From an uncultured Pelagibacteraceae bacterium (GTDB taxonomy: Bacteria; Pseudomonadota; Alphaproteobacteria; Pelagibacterales; Pelagibacteraceae), in the NCBI GenBank assembly GCA_902574685.1, contig CACGOO010000002.1, positions 1,909 through 65,908 on the forward strand: DNA of 64,000 nt. Reading direction: 5' to 3'. The notes below the pieces were generated by a model that was not told the origin of the DNA, searched no databases, and saw only the letters and a program-made list of their open reading frames with translations. Made by a program: the position numbers and the translations under genes. Of this stretch, positions 18,476-27,589 are shown piece by piece; positions within the stretch are counted from its first letter, which is position 1; every line of letters begins with the position of its first letter.

Positions 18476-18808
18476 CTAAATGCATCCGCTAGAACTAAAT
18501 CCGATAATAACCCCTGATGCATTCACCTCAAATTTTCTTTCGCAAGGAATTCCATATTTTTTTGTTTTGTAGATAAGCATTTCATTTCCGAGTTCATTGA
18601 CAAAATCTTCTGAAGGTGAGCCTAATTCTAATCTCATCTCATTAACTTCTTTTCCAACGAATTGACCAAATTTTTCATTCTCTTTTTCAGCCACTTCATC
18701 AGATTTCTTTTTAATTGTCTGGCATCCAGTTAAAAAAATTATTGTTAATGTGATAAACAGAGCAATAAATTTTTTTGATAAAGTATTATTTTTAAAAGCA
18801 ATAATCAT
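18476..18808 (-). CDS. Small lipoprotein
   Basis: Signal peptide with lipobox LTGC; VGK...LGSP pattern; two further Cys residues. Confidence 0.75.
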   Translation of the reverse strand: MIIAFKNNTLSKKFIALFITLTIIFLTGCQTIKKKSDEVAEKENEKFGQFVGKEVNEMRLELGSPSEDFVNELGNEMLIYKTKKYGIPCERKFEVNASGVIIGFSSSGCI

Positions 18809-18946
18809 TAATACATACCTAAAGTTGAATTATGTTAACAATTTGTTCAAAACTTTCATTAAATTGTTTGAATTTAATACAAATTTGAAAAGATAGGAAA
18901 TTTTAAAGATTATTAAGTTATTGATTTATTATATTAAAGAAATGTT

Positions 18947-20446
18947 ATGGCAACAGACTTAAGAATATCAAATATATCAAAAATATATCCAGGGTGTATA
19001 GCTAATGATAATGTATCTCTTCAATTTAAAAGTGGAAAAATATATGCGCTATTAGGAGAGAACGGAGCTGGAAAATCTACATTAGTAAAAATTTTGTCTG
19101 GTGTAATAAGCCCTGATAATGGTGAGGTTTTTTTAAATGAAAAAAATTTAAAATTAAGCTCTCCACTCGACGCCAAAAAAAATAAAATTGGAATGGTTTT
19201 TCAGCATTTCAATTTATTTGAAACTTTATCAGTATTTGAAAACTTAAGTATAGATGCAACTGAAGATAACAAAAGTTTAAGGTTAAGAATAAACGAAATA
19301 TTTAAAAAATATAACTTTAGTATTGACCTTGATGTTCCTGTATTAAATTTATCAGCAGGACAAAAGCAAAAAGTTGAGATTATAAGATGTCTTTTAAGAA
19401 GCCCAAAAGTTCTAATCATGGACGAGCCTACATCTGTTTTGACTGAGCAAGAAACAGAGGAATTATTTATATCTTTAAAAAAATTCTGTGATGAAGGAAT
19501 ATTAATTATTTACATTACTCACAAACTAAAAGAAGTTTTGTCTTTATGCGATGAAGTTGCAGTAATGCGAAAAGGTAAGGTCGTATCTGTTAGCCAAACA
19601 CAAAATGAAAAAGTTGAAACTCTCGCAAATAAGATGGTTGGTCAAAAACTAGCGAAAATTAAGAAAAAAATTAATATTTCCAAAAATAAAGATGAGATAT
19701 TTAAAGTAAAACATTTAAATTTTTATAGCGATGATCCTTTTGAAACAAATTTAGTTAATCTTAATTTTTCTGTGAAGAAAGGAGAATGTTTAGGTATAGC
19801 AGGTATTTCTGGCAATGGTCAAAACGAACTCTTTCAAATTTTGAGTGGAGAAATAATTACACCTAATACATCAATCATTTTTCGAAATAAAGAAATTGCT
19901 AAACTAAATCCAAAGCAACGACGAGAGTATTTAATGGCTTTTTCTCCTGAAGATAGAATATCTCAAGCAGCTGTACCTGAATTAAAAATATATGAAAATG
20001 TAGCTTTAAATAATTTCAAGGCATCTAATTTTTTTGAAAAAGGTTTGGTAAATGAAAGAAAAATTAAGGATCATTCAAAGAAAATATTATCTGACTTCTC
20101 GGTAAATACAGACAATGTTGAATTAAAAAGTCAATTTCTATCGGGTGGAAATTTACAAAAACTTATTTTAGGGAGAGAATTAATTACAGCTCCAGAATTA
20201 TTAATTTGTTACAATCCAACATGGGGGCTCGATGTGGGTGCAATCAATTATATTCATGAAACACTTATAAAAATTAATGATCAAGAAAAATCAACGATTT
20301 TAATTTCTACAGATACGGAGGAGTTATTAAAACTCAGTGATAGAATTGCAGTTATTTACAAAGGCAAGCTTTCAAAAATAATGTCTTCAGAGGAAGTCAC
20401 TCCAGAAAAATTAGGAGTTCTAATGGGAGGAGGTTCCATTGATTAA
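18947..20446 (+). CDS. CUT2-type (nucleoside/purine) ABC transporter ATP-binding protein, two ABC domains
   Basis: GENGAGKST, LSAGQKQ, MDEPT, LSGGNLQK and PTWGLDVGA. Confidence 0.93.
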   Translation: MATDLRISNISKIYPGCIANDNVSLQFKSGKIYALLGENGAGKSTLVKILSGVISPDNGEVFLNEKNLKLSSPLDAKKNKIGMVFQHFNLFETLSVFENLSIDATEDNKSLRLRINEIFKKYNFSIDLDVPVLNLSAGQKQKVEIIRCLLRSPKVLIMDEPTSVLTEQETEELFISLKKFCDEGILIIYITHKLKEVLSLCDEVAVMRKGKVVSVSQTQNEKVETLANKMVGQKLAKIKKKINISKNKDEIFKVKHLNFYSDDPFETNLVNLNFSVKKGECLGIAGISGNGQNELFQILSGEIITPNTSIIFRNKEIAKLNPKQRREYLMAFSPEDRISQAAVPELKIYENVALNNFKASNFFEKGLVNERKIKDHSKKILSDFSVNTDNVELKSQFLSGGNLQKLILGRELITAPELLICYNPTWGLDVGAINYIHETLIKINDQEKSTILISTDTEELLKLSDRIAVIYKGKLSKIMSSEEVTPEKLGVLMGGGSID

Positions 20447-21518
20447 AATTGAAAAAAGAAATGACGTGCCAATGGCATTATATTTTTTTACACCTTTTAT
20501 TGCAATCATACTTACAATTTTAGGTGGTGGTATAATTTTTTATATTTTAGGTTTTAATCCAATAGAAGCACTTAAATTTTACTTTATAACTCCAATTTCA
20601 AATTTATATGGATTCAGTGAATTGCTACTCAAAGCAACCCCTCTTTGCTTAATTGCTATTGGTTTATCATTTTGTTTTAAAAGTAATAATTGGAATATTG
20701 GTGCAGAAGGACAATTAACGTTTGGTGCGATTGTAGGAGGAGGAGTTGCTCTTTTATTTTATAATCAAGAAGGTTTTTATATACTGCCTTTAGTTATACT
20801 TGCTGGAGCAATTGGGGGAATGATCTTTGCACTTATCCCAGCAATCCTTAAAACATATTTTAATACAAACGAGATTTTAGTTAGTCTTATGTTGGTTTAC
20901 GTTTCAAAGCTAATCTTAGATTACTTAGTAGTTGGGCCATGGAGTAATCCTGAAGGTTTTAATTTTCCTGAAACAAGACAATTTAGTGACTCATCTAGAA
21001 TGCCATTATTATTTGAGGGTTTGAGAATTCATGCTGGTATTTTTTTAGCTCTCGCAGCAGTTATGCTGAGTTGGTTTATTCTTTATAAAACCTATTTAGG
21101 CTTTCAGATTAAAGTATCTGGTCTAAGTTTAAAAACTGCTAAGTATGCTGGGTTTAAAGGAAAAACTATGATTTTGGTTGTTTTTATGATTAGTGGTGCT
21201 TGTGCGGGATTAGCTGGAGTTGGTGAAATTACTGGACCTATTGGACAGCTGCATAGAATGATATCCCCCGATTACGGTTTTACAGCAATTATTGTTGCTT
21301 TTTTAGGTCGTCTTAATCCTTTTGGCATAATTTTTGCATCTTTGGTTGTTGCATTGACATACTTAGGTGCTGAAACGGCTCAAATTTTTTTACAAATACC
21401 AAAATATACCGGCCAAGTATTTCAGGGTATGATCTTATTTTTTTTACTCGCATCTGATTATTTGCTTTTTTTCAAAGTTAAAATTTTAAGTTTAAAAAAA
21501 AATGAGCTTAGACATTAG
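20439..21518 (+). CDS. Nucleoside/purine ABC transporter permease 1
   Basis: WNIGAEGQ, NEILVSLML and AIIVAFLGRLNP; TTG start with SD GGAGGAGG. Confidence 0.92.
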   Translation: MIKIEKRNDVPMALYFFTPFIAIILTILGGGIIFYILGFNPIEALKFYFITPISNLYGFSELLLKATPLCLIAIGLSFCFKSNNWNIGAEGQLTFGAIVGGGVALLFYNQEGFYILPLVILAGAIGGMIFALIPAILKTYFNTNEILVSLMLVYVSKLILDYLVVGPWSNPEGFNFPETRQFSDSSRMPLLFEGLRIHAGIFLALAAVMLSWFILYKTYLGFQIKVSGLSLKTAKYAGFKGKTMILVVFMISGACAGLAGVGEITGPIGQLHRMISPDYGFTAIIVAFLGRLNPFGIIFASLVVALTYLGAETAQIFLQIPKYTGQVFQGMILFFLLASDYLLFFKVKILSLKKNELRH

Positions 21519-22434
21519 TTTTATAGGAATTCTGATAGGATCGATAATGGCGTCATCAGTGCCATTAATACTTGCTGCTTCAGGTGAATTGATTACTGAA
21601 AGATCGGGCGTTTTAAATTTAGGTGTCGAAGGAATGATGATAATCGGAGCAATATCTGGTTTTGCTTTAATGGTAATAACAGACAACCTATTTATAGCAA
21701 TCGTAGGCTCTATGTTATCAGGAGTTATAATTTCATTAATATTTGGATTTTTAACACAATCTCTTCTTACAAACCATGTTGCAACAGGTTTGGCATTAAC
21801 TATTTTTGGCATTGGTTTATCCGCAATGTTAGGAAAAAATTTTGTTGGTATCCCTGGAAAAGAATTTCCAATTTTATTTTCAAGTTTAAGAGAAAGTATT
21901 CCGTTTTTTGGTCCAATATTATTTGGACACTCTATAGTTTTATATTTTGCTTTTGCTTTACCATTTTTAACTAATTATTTTTTGAAAAAAACTAAATTAG
22001 GTTTAATTGTTAGAGCTGTTGGTGATTCGCCTGTTTCCGCATCTAATCAAGGTATAAATGTTATTCTAGTTAGATACTGTTGTATTCTTTATGGAGGAGC
22101 TATGTGTGGCTTAGCAGGTGCATATCTATCTTTAATATACACTCCACAGTGGATTGAAAATATGACAGCTGGTAGAGGATGGATAGCTTTAGCTTTAGTT
22201 GTATTTGCAACCTGGAGTCCTATAAAAGTTTTAATTGGTGCTTTAATTTTTGGTGGGATTACAATTCTACAATTACATATGCAAGCAATTGGGTTTAGAA
22301 TACCAGTTCAATTTTTAAGTGCATTACCTTATCTGATGACAATAATAGTTTTAGTTGTAATCTCTCGTGACAGTAGAAAAATAAAACTGAATACCCCAAC
22401 CTCCTTAGGAAGAATATTCTATAAGGAAAAGTAA
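21502..22434 (+). CDS. Nucleoside/purine ABC transporter permease 2
   Basis: ERSGVLNLGVEGMM, AGRGWIALALV and ALPY motifs. Confidence 0.92.
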   Translation: MSLDISFIGILIGSIMASSVPLILAASGELITERSGVLNLGVEGMMIIGAISGFALMVITDNLFIAIVGSMLSGVIISLIFGFLTQSLLTNHVATGLALTIFGIGLSAMLGKNFVGIPGKEFPILFSSLRESIPFFGPILFGHSIVLYFAFALPFLTNYFLKKTKLGLIVRAVGDSPVSASNQGINVILVRYCCILYGGAMCGLAGAYLSLIYTPQWIENMTAGRGWIALALVVFATWSPIKVLIGALIFGGITILQLHMQAIGFRIPVQFLSALPYLMTIIVLVVISRDSRKIKLNTPTSLGRIFYKEK

Positions 22435-22523
22435 TGTTAGCTATTCGAAAATAATTATTTTTTTTTTTTTGAATTTTGATTAACTTAAAGCTTCACAAAA
22501 AAAATTTAGAGGGGAAATTCAAA

Positions 22524-23588
22524 ATGTATAAAAACTTTTTTAGATATTTAATTTCTGCAATTTTTCTACTTGGGTTTAGTGTAAACTCAAATGCGGATTT
22601 TAAAGTTGGTTTTGTCTATGTTGGCCCAACTGGTGACCATGGATGGACATTTCAACATCACGAAGGTAGAAACGCTGTAGAGGCAGCTGGAATAAAAACA
22701 ACATTTGTTGAAAGTGTTCCAGAAGGTGCTGATGCAGAAAGAGTAATAAGACAACTGGCTCAATCTGGCCACGACTTAATTTTTACAACTAGTTTTGGAT
22801 ATATGGATCCAACTAACAAAGTTGCAAAAGACTTTCCAAACGTAAAATTTGAACACGCAACAGGTTATAAAAGAGAGCACTCAAATGTTTCTACTTATTC
22901 TGCAAGATTTTACGAAGGAAGAACTCTTTTAGGCCATATTGCTGGAAAAATGACCAAAACTAACACGATTGGCTATATTGCATCTTTTCCAATTCCTGAA
23001 GTAATAAGAGGAATTAATGCAATGACTCTTGCTGCACAAAAGGTCAATCCAAATATTAAAACTAAGATTGTATGGGTGTTTACTTGGTACGATCCAGGTA
23101 AAGAAGCTGAAGCAGCGCAAGCTTTAATCGATCAAGGTGCAGATGTAATTATGCAACATACAGATAGTACAGCACCAGTTCAAACAGCGGAGAAAGCAGG
23201 TGTATGGTCATTTGGTCAAGCAAGTGACATGCAAAGATTTGCTCCTAAATCAATTTTGACTTCTATTATTGATGATTGGGCACCATATTATGTTGAAAGA
23301 GCTATTGCTGCAAGAGACGGCACATGGAATCAACAAGACACATGGCATGGATTAAAAGAAGGTATGGTGGCTATGGGACCATATAATTCTGCAATGGGTG
23401 CTGACTTAGTTAAAGAAGTAGAGCAGCTTCAAAAAGATCTAGCATCAGGAAAAGTTCATTCGTTCACAGGTCCTATATATGACCAAAAAGGTAATATATT
23501 AGTTGCAGAAGGGAAAGTTGCTGATGATGGAATGTTAGCTGGAATGAGTGTTTATGTAAAAGGTGTTGAAGGAGATATTCCAAAATAA
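22524..23588 (+). CDS. BMP-family periplasmic substrate-binding protein (purine/nucleoside)
   Basis: ATG at 22524 with SD GAGGGG; signal peptide; GFVYVGPTGDHGW, TTSFGY and WYDP motifs. Confidence 0.92.
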   Translation: MYKNFFRYLISAIFLLGFSVNSNADFKVGFVYVGPTGDHGWTFQHHEGRNAVEAAGIKTTFVESVPEGADAERVIRQLAQSGHDLIFTTSFGYMDPTNKVAKDFPNVKFEHATGYKREHSNVSTYSARFYEGRTLLGHIAGKMTKTNTIGYIASFPIPEVIRGINAMTLAAQKVNPNIKTKIVWVFTWYDPGKEAEAAQALIDQGADVIMQHTDSTAPVQTAEKAGVWSFGQASDMQRFAPKSILTSIIDDWAPYYVERAIAARDGTWNQQDTWHGLKEGMVAMGPYNSAMGADLVKEVEQLQKDLASGKVHSFTGPIYDQKGNILVAEGKVADDGMLAGMSVYVKGVEGDIPK

Positions 23589-23604
23589 TTTTTAAAAAAA
23601 AATT

Positions 23605-23638
23605 AAAAAGGGCCAACTTATATAGTTGGCCTTTTTTT
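23605..23638. terminator. Bidirectional rho-independent terminator
   Basis: AAAAAG-GGCCAACT-TATAT-AGTTGGCC-TTTTTTT between convergent genes. Confidence 0.9.
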
Positions 23639-24173
23639 ATGAATGTTTTTTCTTTAAACCATTAATATCTATTTCATCATAATATTCTGAAGGTTGAACT
23701 ATCCAAGGATCTCCATCTAGTAAAATTGGACAAAAATCTGGAGTAAAAGAAGAGGATTTTTTTTTCCAAAGACAAGCTGTTTTTATTTCTTGAATATGGT
23801 TTTTCACTGGAGCATAATTTTTTAACCATTTAATACTTTCATTTAATGTAAGTCCAGTATCGGATAAATCATCAACTAATAAAACATTTTTAAAGTCTTC
23901 ATTTTTAGCTATTGAGCTTATATCTCTTGCAAAAATAAGTTCGCCCTGTTTATTTTCTACAGTTTCTCCAGAATAACTTTGAATAACAACATAAGCAGTG
24001 GGCAATTTAAATATTCTTGATAGCATATCAATTATAGGTGCTGCACCCCTCATTATTCCGACTAAAACAGATGGTTTGTAATTTTTTTCAATTGTAAGAG
24101 CTAACTTTTCAACTGCTAATTTATAATCTTCATAATTGATTATTAATTTTTCTGCCATAAAATTTGGTAACAT
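23637..24173 (-). CDS. Type I phosphoribosyltransferase, purine-salvage (Gpt/Hpt-like); start may be 24158
   Basis: VGIMRG, PRPP motif LLVDDLSDTGLT, and WIVQP. Confidence 0.85.
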   Translation of the reverse strand: MLPNFMAEKLIINYEDYKLAVEKLALTIEKNYKPSVLVGIMRGAAPIIDMLSRIFKLPTAYVVIQSYSGETVENKQGELIFARDISSIAKNEDFKNVLLVDDLSDTGLTLNESIKWLKNYAPVKNHIQEIKTACLWKKKSSSFTPDFCPILLDGDPWIVQPSEYYDEIDINGLKKKHS

Positions 24174-24200
24174 AAAAAAAAAAAATTAAAAAGGAGAATT

Positions 24201-24491
24201 ATGAAAGGTTACTGGATTGCAACTTACAGTGAAATTAAAGACCCTGAAAGAATGAAAAAATATGCAGATAAAGCAAAGGAAGCTGTATTAAAACATTCTG
24301 GAAAAATTTTAGCTCGAAGTGCTAATAACATTGCACTTGAGGGTAGAGAAATGGTTAGAATAGCACTTGCAGAGTTCCCAGACGTGGAAACTGCTAAACA
24401 ATGCTACAATTCTGAAGAATATGTTGAGGCAAGAACATATCTTAAAGATAATGTAATTAGAGAACATATGATATTTGAAGGAATGGAATAA
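24201..24491 (+). CDS. DUF1330-family protein
   Basis: MKGYWI...GKILAR...EFPDVETAKQCYNSEEY pattern; SD AGGAG. Confidence 0.88.
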   Translation: MKGYWIATYSEIKDPERMKKYADKAKEAVLKHSGKILARSANNIALEGREMVRIALAEFPDVETAKQCYNSEEYVEARTYLKDNVIREHMIFEGME

Positions 24492-24509
24492 CTTAGAAAT
24501 GAGGCAAAT

Positions 24510-24806
24510 ATGAAGGCATATTGGGTGAGTTTGTATACAGAGATTTCAAACCAAGATAACCTAAAAAAATATGGTGAAAATGCAATACCAGTTATAAAAA
24601 AATTTGGTGGTACTCCTGTAGTTAGAGGAGGCAAACTAAAATATTATAGTGGTGACAAAATATTAAGGACTGTCATTTGGGAATTTCCCAGTTATGACAT
24701 GGCCATATCTTGTCATGACTCAGAAGATTATTTAAAAGCTTGGTCTTATGCAGAACAAACTACAAAAAGACATATGTTTATTGTGGAGGGCACTAATACT
24801 GAATAG
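24510..24806 (+). CDS. DUF1330-family protein (tandem paralogue)
   Basis: MKAYWV...GGTPVVRGG...EFPSYDMAISCHDSEDY pattern; SD GAGG. Confidence 0.88.
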   Translation: MKAYWVSLYTEISNQDNLKKYGENAIPVIKKFGGTPVVRGGKLKYYSGDKILRTVIWEFPSYDMAISCHDSEDYLKAWSYAEQTTKRHMFIVEGTNTE

Positions 24807-25419
24807 TATCGTCATCAATTGAACGCCACAAATACCAAGTGGCAACAGAGCAGTATGGAGAAAATCTTTTTTGAAGCTTTTTTACAAAAATTTCAGGTGG
24901 AAAATATTTTTTTTTATAGTTGTTTGATATTGCTCTTAATAACCCAATATCCTGAACTGGCCAGATATTAGACCTATTATAAGTAAATAACAAAATCATC
25001 TCTGCTGACCATCTTCCAATTTGTCTTAAAGTTGATAGGTATATAATTGCTTCTTCATCGCTCATTTTCGAAATTAATCTTGGGTTAAAACTTTTATCTT
25101 TAAATTTTTGAGACATTTCCAAGATACCCCTTATTTTTTGACGACTAAGACCGCATTTTTTAAGTTGTGATGTTTTAAGCTTTGAAACAATTTTTGGATT
25201 AATTTTTTTTTTACATGCCAATTCAAATTTTTTGAAGACAGAGTCTGCAGCAGCAACACTTATTTGTTGTCCTATTATACTTTTGCATAAAGAATAAAAG
25301 ACATCTTTTCTAGTAGTTAAATTATTATCTTTATATTTTTTAATCAATGATCTCATAATACTATCTTTTTTTGAAAGATATATTCTAGCTTTTTTCCAAT
25401 ATGTCGGTGCCTTACTCAT
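24793..25419 (-). CDS. alkA: DNA-3-methyladenine glycosylase (AlkA-like HhH-GPD)
   Basis: IIGQQIS, GLSRQK, HhH IGRWSAEM, catalytic Asp in PVQD, and PYCSVATWYLW. Confidence 0.88.
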   Translation of the reverse strand: MSKAPTYWKKARIYLSKKDSIMRSLIKKYKDNNLTTRKDVFYSLCKSIIGQQISVAAADSVFKKFELACKKKINPKIVSKLKTSQLKKCGLSRQKIRGILEMSQKFKDKSFNPRLISKMSDEEAIIYLSTLRQIGRWSAEMILLFTYNRSNIWPVQDIGLLRAISNNYKKKYFPPEIFVKKLQKRFSPYCSVATWYLWRSIDDDTIQY

Positions 25420-26293
25420 TTCTACTTACCGTTACTTGTTTATTTAAATATATTTCTCTTCGAAATATAATGATTGATGATATTATTACCAGTGAAGCAC
25501 CCATCAATGTTTTAATTGTGGGAATTTCATCCCAAATAAAATATCCAAAAGATATTGCAAATATTAATCCTAAATATTTAAGAGGTGTAACCAGAGAAAC
25601 CTCGGATAATTTATATGATTGACTTAATAATAAATTAGCTGTTCCTCCCAACAAGCCAATTGTACATAATAGTAAGAAATCATTGAAAGTTGGCATGATC
25701 CACCCAAATGGTATTGATAAAACTCCAACAATTGTAATTGCAAAAGAAAAAAAGAATGAGATCAACCAGACTGGTTCTGTGGATGAAAGTTTTCTAATTG
25801 TAATTGCAACGTAAGACATTCCAATACAAAAGATTATTGGAAATAAATAATAAATATTTAAGCTAGAAAATCCTGGTTGGGTAATTACTAAAACACCAAT
25901 AAATCCAACAAATACTGCAGCCCATCTATATACTCCTACTTTCTCACTTAGTAAAAATATTGATAGCAAAGTTGTAAATATAGGTGCAGCAAATGAAATA
26001 CTTGTCACTGTTGCAAGTGGTAGGTTTCTTAGTGCCAAAAATATTGCAGCTAAAGCTATCAGTCCTGAACAACATCTAATTAAATGTAAACCTGGTCTAT
26101 TTGTTTTATAAAAATCTCTAAATCTTGTCTTGGGAATTAAAAAAATAATTGGCAAAATACCAAATAGACCTCTAAAGAACATTACCTGTCCAATTGGATA
26201 ATCTGATGACCACTTGACTATAACATCCATAAATGAAAAGGCACATACTGATAAAAACATGTAAAAAAAGCCTAATTGATTTTTGGAAAGCAT
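25412..26293 (-). CDS. DMT/EamA-family transporter
   Basis: About 10 TM helices; FAAPIF, LSEKVG..RW and GFIGVLVI..PG. Confidence 0.9.
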   Translation of the reverse strand: MLSKNQLGFFYMFLSVCAFSFMDVIVKWSSDYPIGQVMFFRGLFGILPIIFLIPKTRFRDFYKTNRPGLHLIRCCSGLIALAAIFLALRNLPLATVTSISFAAPIFTTLLSIFLLSEKVGVYRWAAVFVGFIGVLVITQPGFSSLNIYYLFPIIFCIGMSYVAITIRKLSSTEPVWLISFFFSFAITIVGVLSIPFGWIMPTFNDFLLLCTIGLLGGTANLLLSQSYKLSEVSLVTPLKYLGLIFAISFGYFIWDEIPTIKTLMGASLVIISSIIIFRREIYLNKQVTVSRNE

Positions 26294-26327
26294 GATAATA
26301 ACTTTAAATTAATTAAAATTTTTAGCA

Positions 26328-26774
26328 ATGGAAATAGCAACTTTAGCACTTGGATGTTTTTGGGGACCTGAAATAAAATTTAGCAAGTTAGATGGAGTAA
26401 TAAATACAGAGGTTGGATATTGTGGAGGTAATACTGAGAAAACATCTTATAAAGAAGTATGTTATGGTGATACCAATCACGCTGAAGTAGTTAAAGTTGA
26501 ATTTGACAATACTAAAATTTCTTATGAGGAAATAATAAGAAATTTTTTTGAATTTCATGACCCGACTACTTTAAACCGGCAAGGTCCAGATGTAGGTACT
26601 CAGTATAGAAGTGAAATATTTGTTCATGATGAAAATCAAAATAAAATCGCTAACAAAGTATTGAAAGAAATTAATGAAAAATTTAAGGGTAAAATCGTTA
26701 CCAAAATATCAAAATCAAAAAATTATAACAAAGCCGAAGATTATCATCAGAAATATTTGGAAAAAAGTTTTTAA
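26328..26774 (+). CDS. msrA: Peptide methionine sulfoxide reductase A
   Basis: GCFWG, HAEVV, HDPTTLNRQGPDVGTQYRS and AEDYHQKY. Confidence 0.96.
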   Translation: MEIATLALGCFWGPEIKFSKLDGVINTEVGYCGGNTEKTSYKEVCYGDTNHAEVVKVEFDNTKISYEEIIRNFFEFHDPTTLNRQGPDVGTQYRSEIFVHDENQNKIANKVLKEINEKFKGKIVTKISKSKNYNKAEDYHQKYLEKSF

Positions 26775-27586
26775 TGTCACTTATATCAACTGAGCGGCTA
26801 GAAAAAAATCTCTCAAATGTAAAAATAATTGATGGCTCTTGGCATATGCCTGCAACAAAAAGAAGTGGTAAAGAAGAATTTAATAAAGAGCATATACCAA
26901 ATTCAATTTTTTTTGATATTGATGAAAATTGTAATAAATCAACCGACTTACCGCATATGTTAACGGACATTAGTTCGTGGGAAAATATACTATCATCTAT
27001 GGGCATATCTAACGAAGACGAAATTGTGATTTATGATAATTCTGATGTTTTAAGTGCTTGTAGAGTATGGTTTAATTTAATTTACTTTGGCCATGATAAA
27101 AAGAAAGTACATGTTTTAGATGGAGGTTTTAATAAATGGAAAAAAGAAAAAAGAATAACTTCTGATAACAATGAAATTATTCAAATAACCAGCTACAAAG
27201 CAAAAGAAAATAATGAAATGGTTAAGAGTAAAGATCAGATTGATCAAAATATAATTAAAAAAAAATTTGATTTAGTTGATGCGAGAAGCAAAGATCGTTT
27301 TACTGGTTTAACTCCAGACCCAAGAAAAAATGTAAGAAGTGGTTCAATACCTAATTCAATTTGCTTACCGTTTAAAACCCTTATTAATGACGATTTTACT
27401 TTTAAAAGTAAATCTGAAATTTCTTCTTATTTTAACGATTTATCTTTAAATGACCCAGTAAATGTTGTGTTTTCATGCGGTTCTGGGATCACAGCATGTG
27501 TTTTGGCACTTGCATATTCTCAAGTAAATAATAAGTATGTTCCAGTCATTTATGATGGCTCATGGGCTGAATATGGTAAAATATAG
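26774..27586 (+). CDS. sseA: 3-mercaptopyruvate sulfurtransferase (tandem rhodanese)
   Basis: HIPNS, active site CGSGITA, and YDGSWAEY. Confidence 0.92.
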   Translation: MSLISTERLEKNLSNVKIIDGSWHMPATKRSGKEEFNKEHIPNSIFFDIDENCNKSTDLPHMLTDISSWENILSSMGISNEDEIVIYDNSDVLSACRVWFNLIYFGHDKKKVHVLDGGFNKWKKEKRITSDNNEIIQITSYKAKENNEMVKSKDQIDQNIIKKKFDLVDARSKDRFTGLTPDPRKNVRSGSIPNSICLPFKTLINDDFTFKSKSEISSYFNDLSLNDPVNVVFSCGSGITACVLALAYSQVNNKYVPVIYDGSWAEYGKI

Positions 27587-27589
27587 AAT

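Noticed and set aside
22458-22470. T13 run (and A12 at 24174-24185) as phase-variation tracts
   Set aside because: They are intergenic homopolymers in very AT-rich DNA with no evidence of length variation from a single sequence.
22476-22523. TTG start for the BMP gene
   Set aside because: ATG 22524 has an SD and begins a proper signal peptide.
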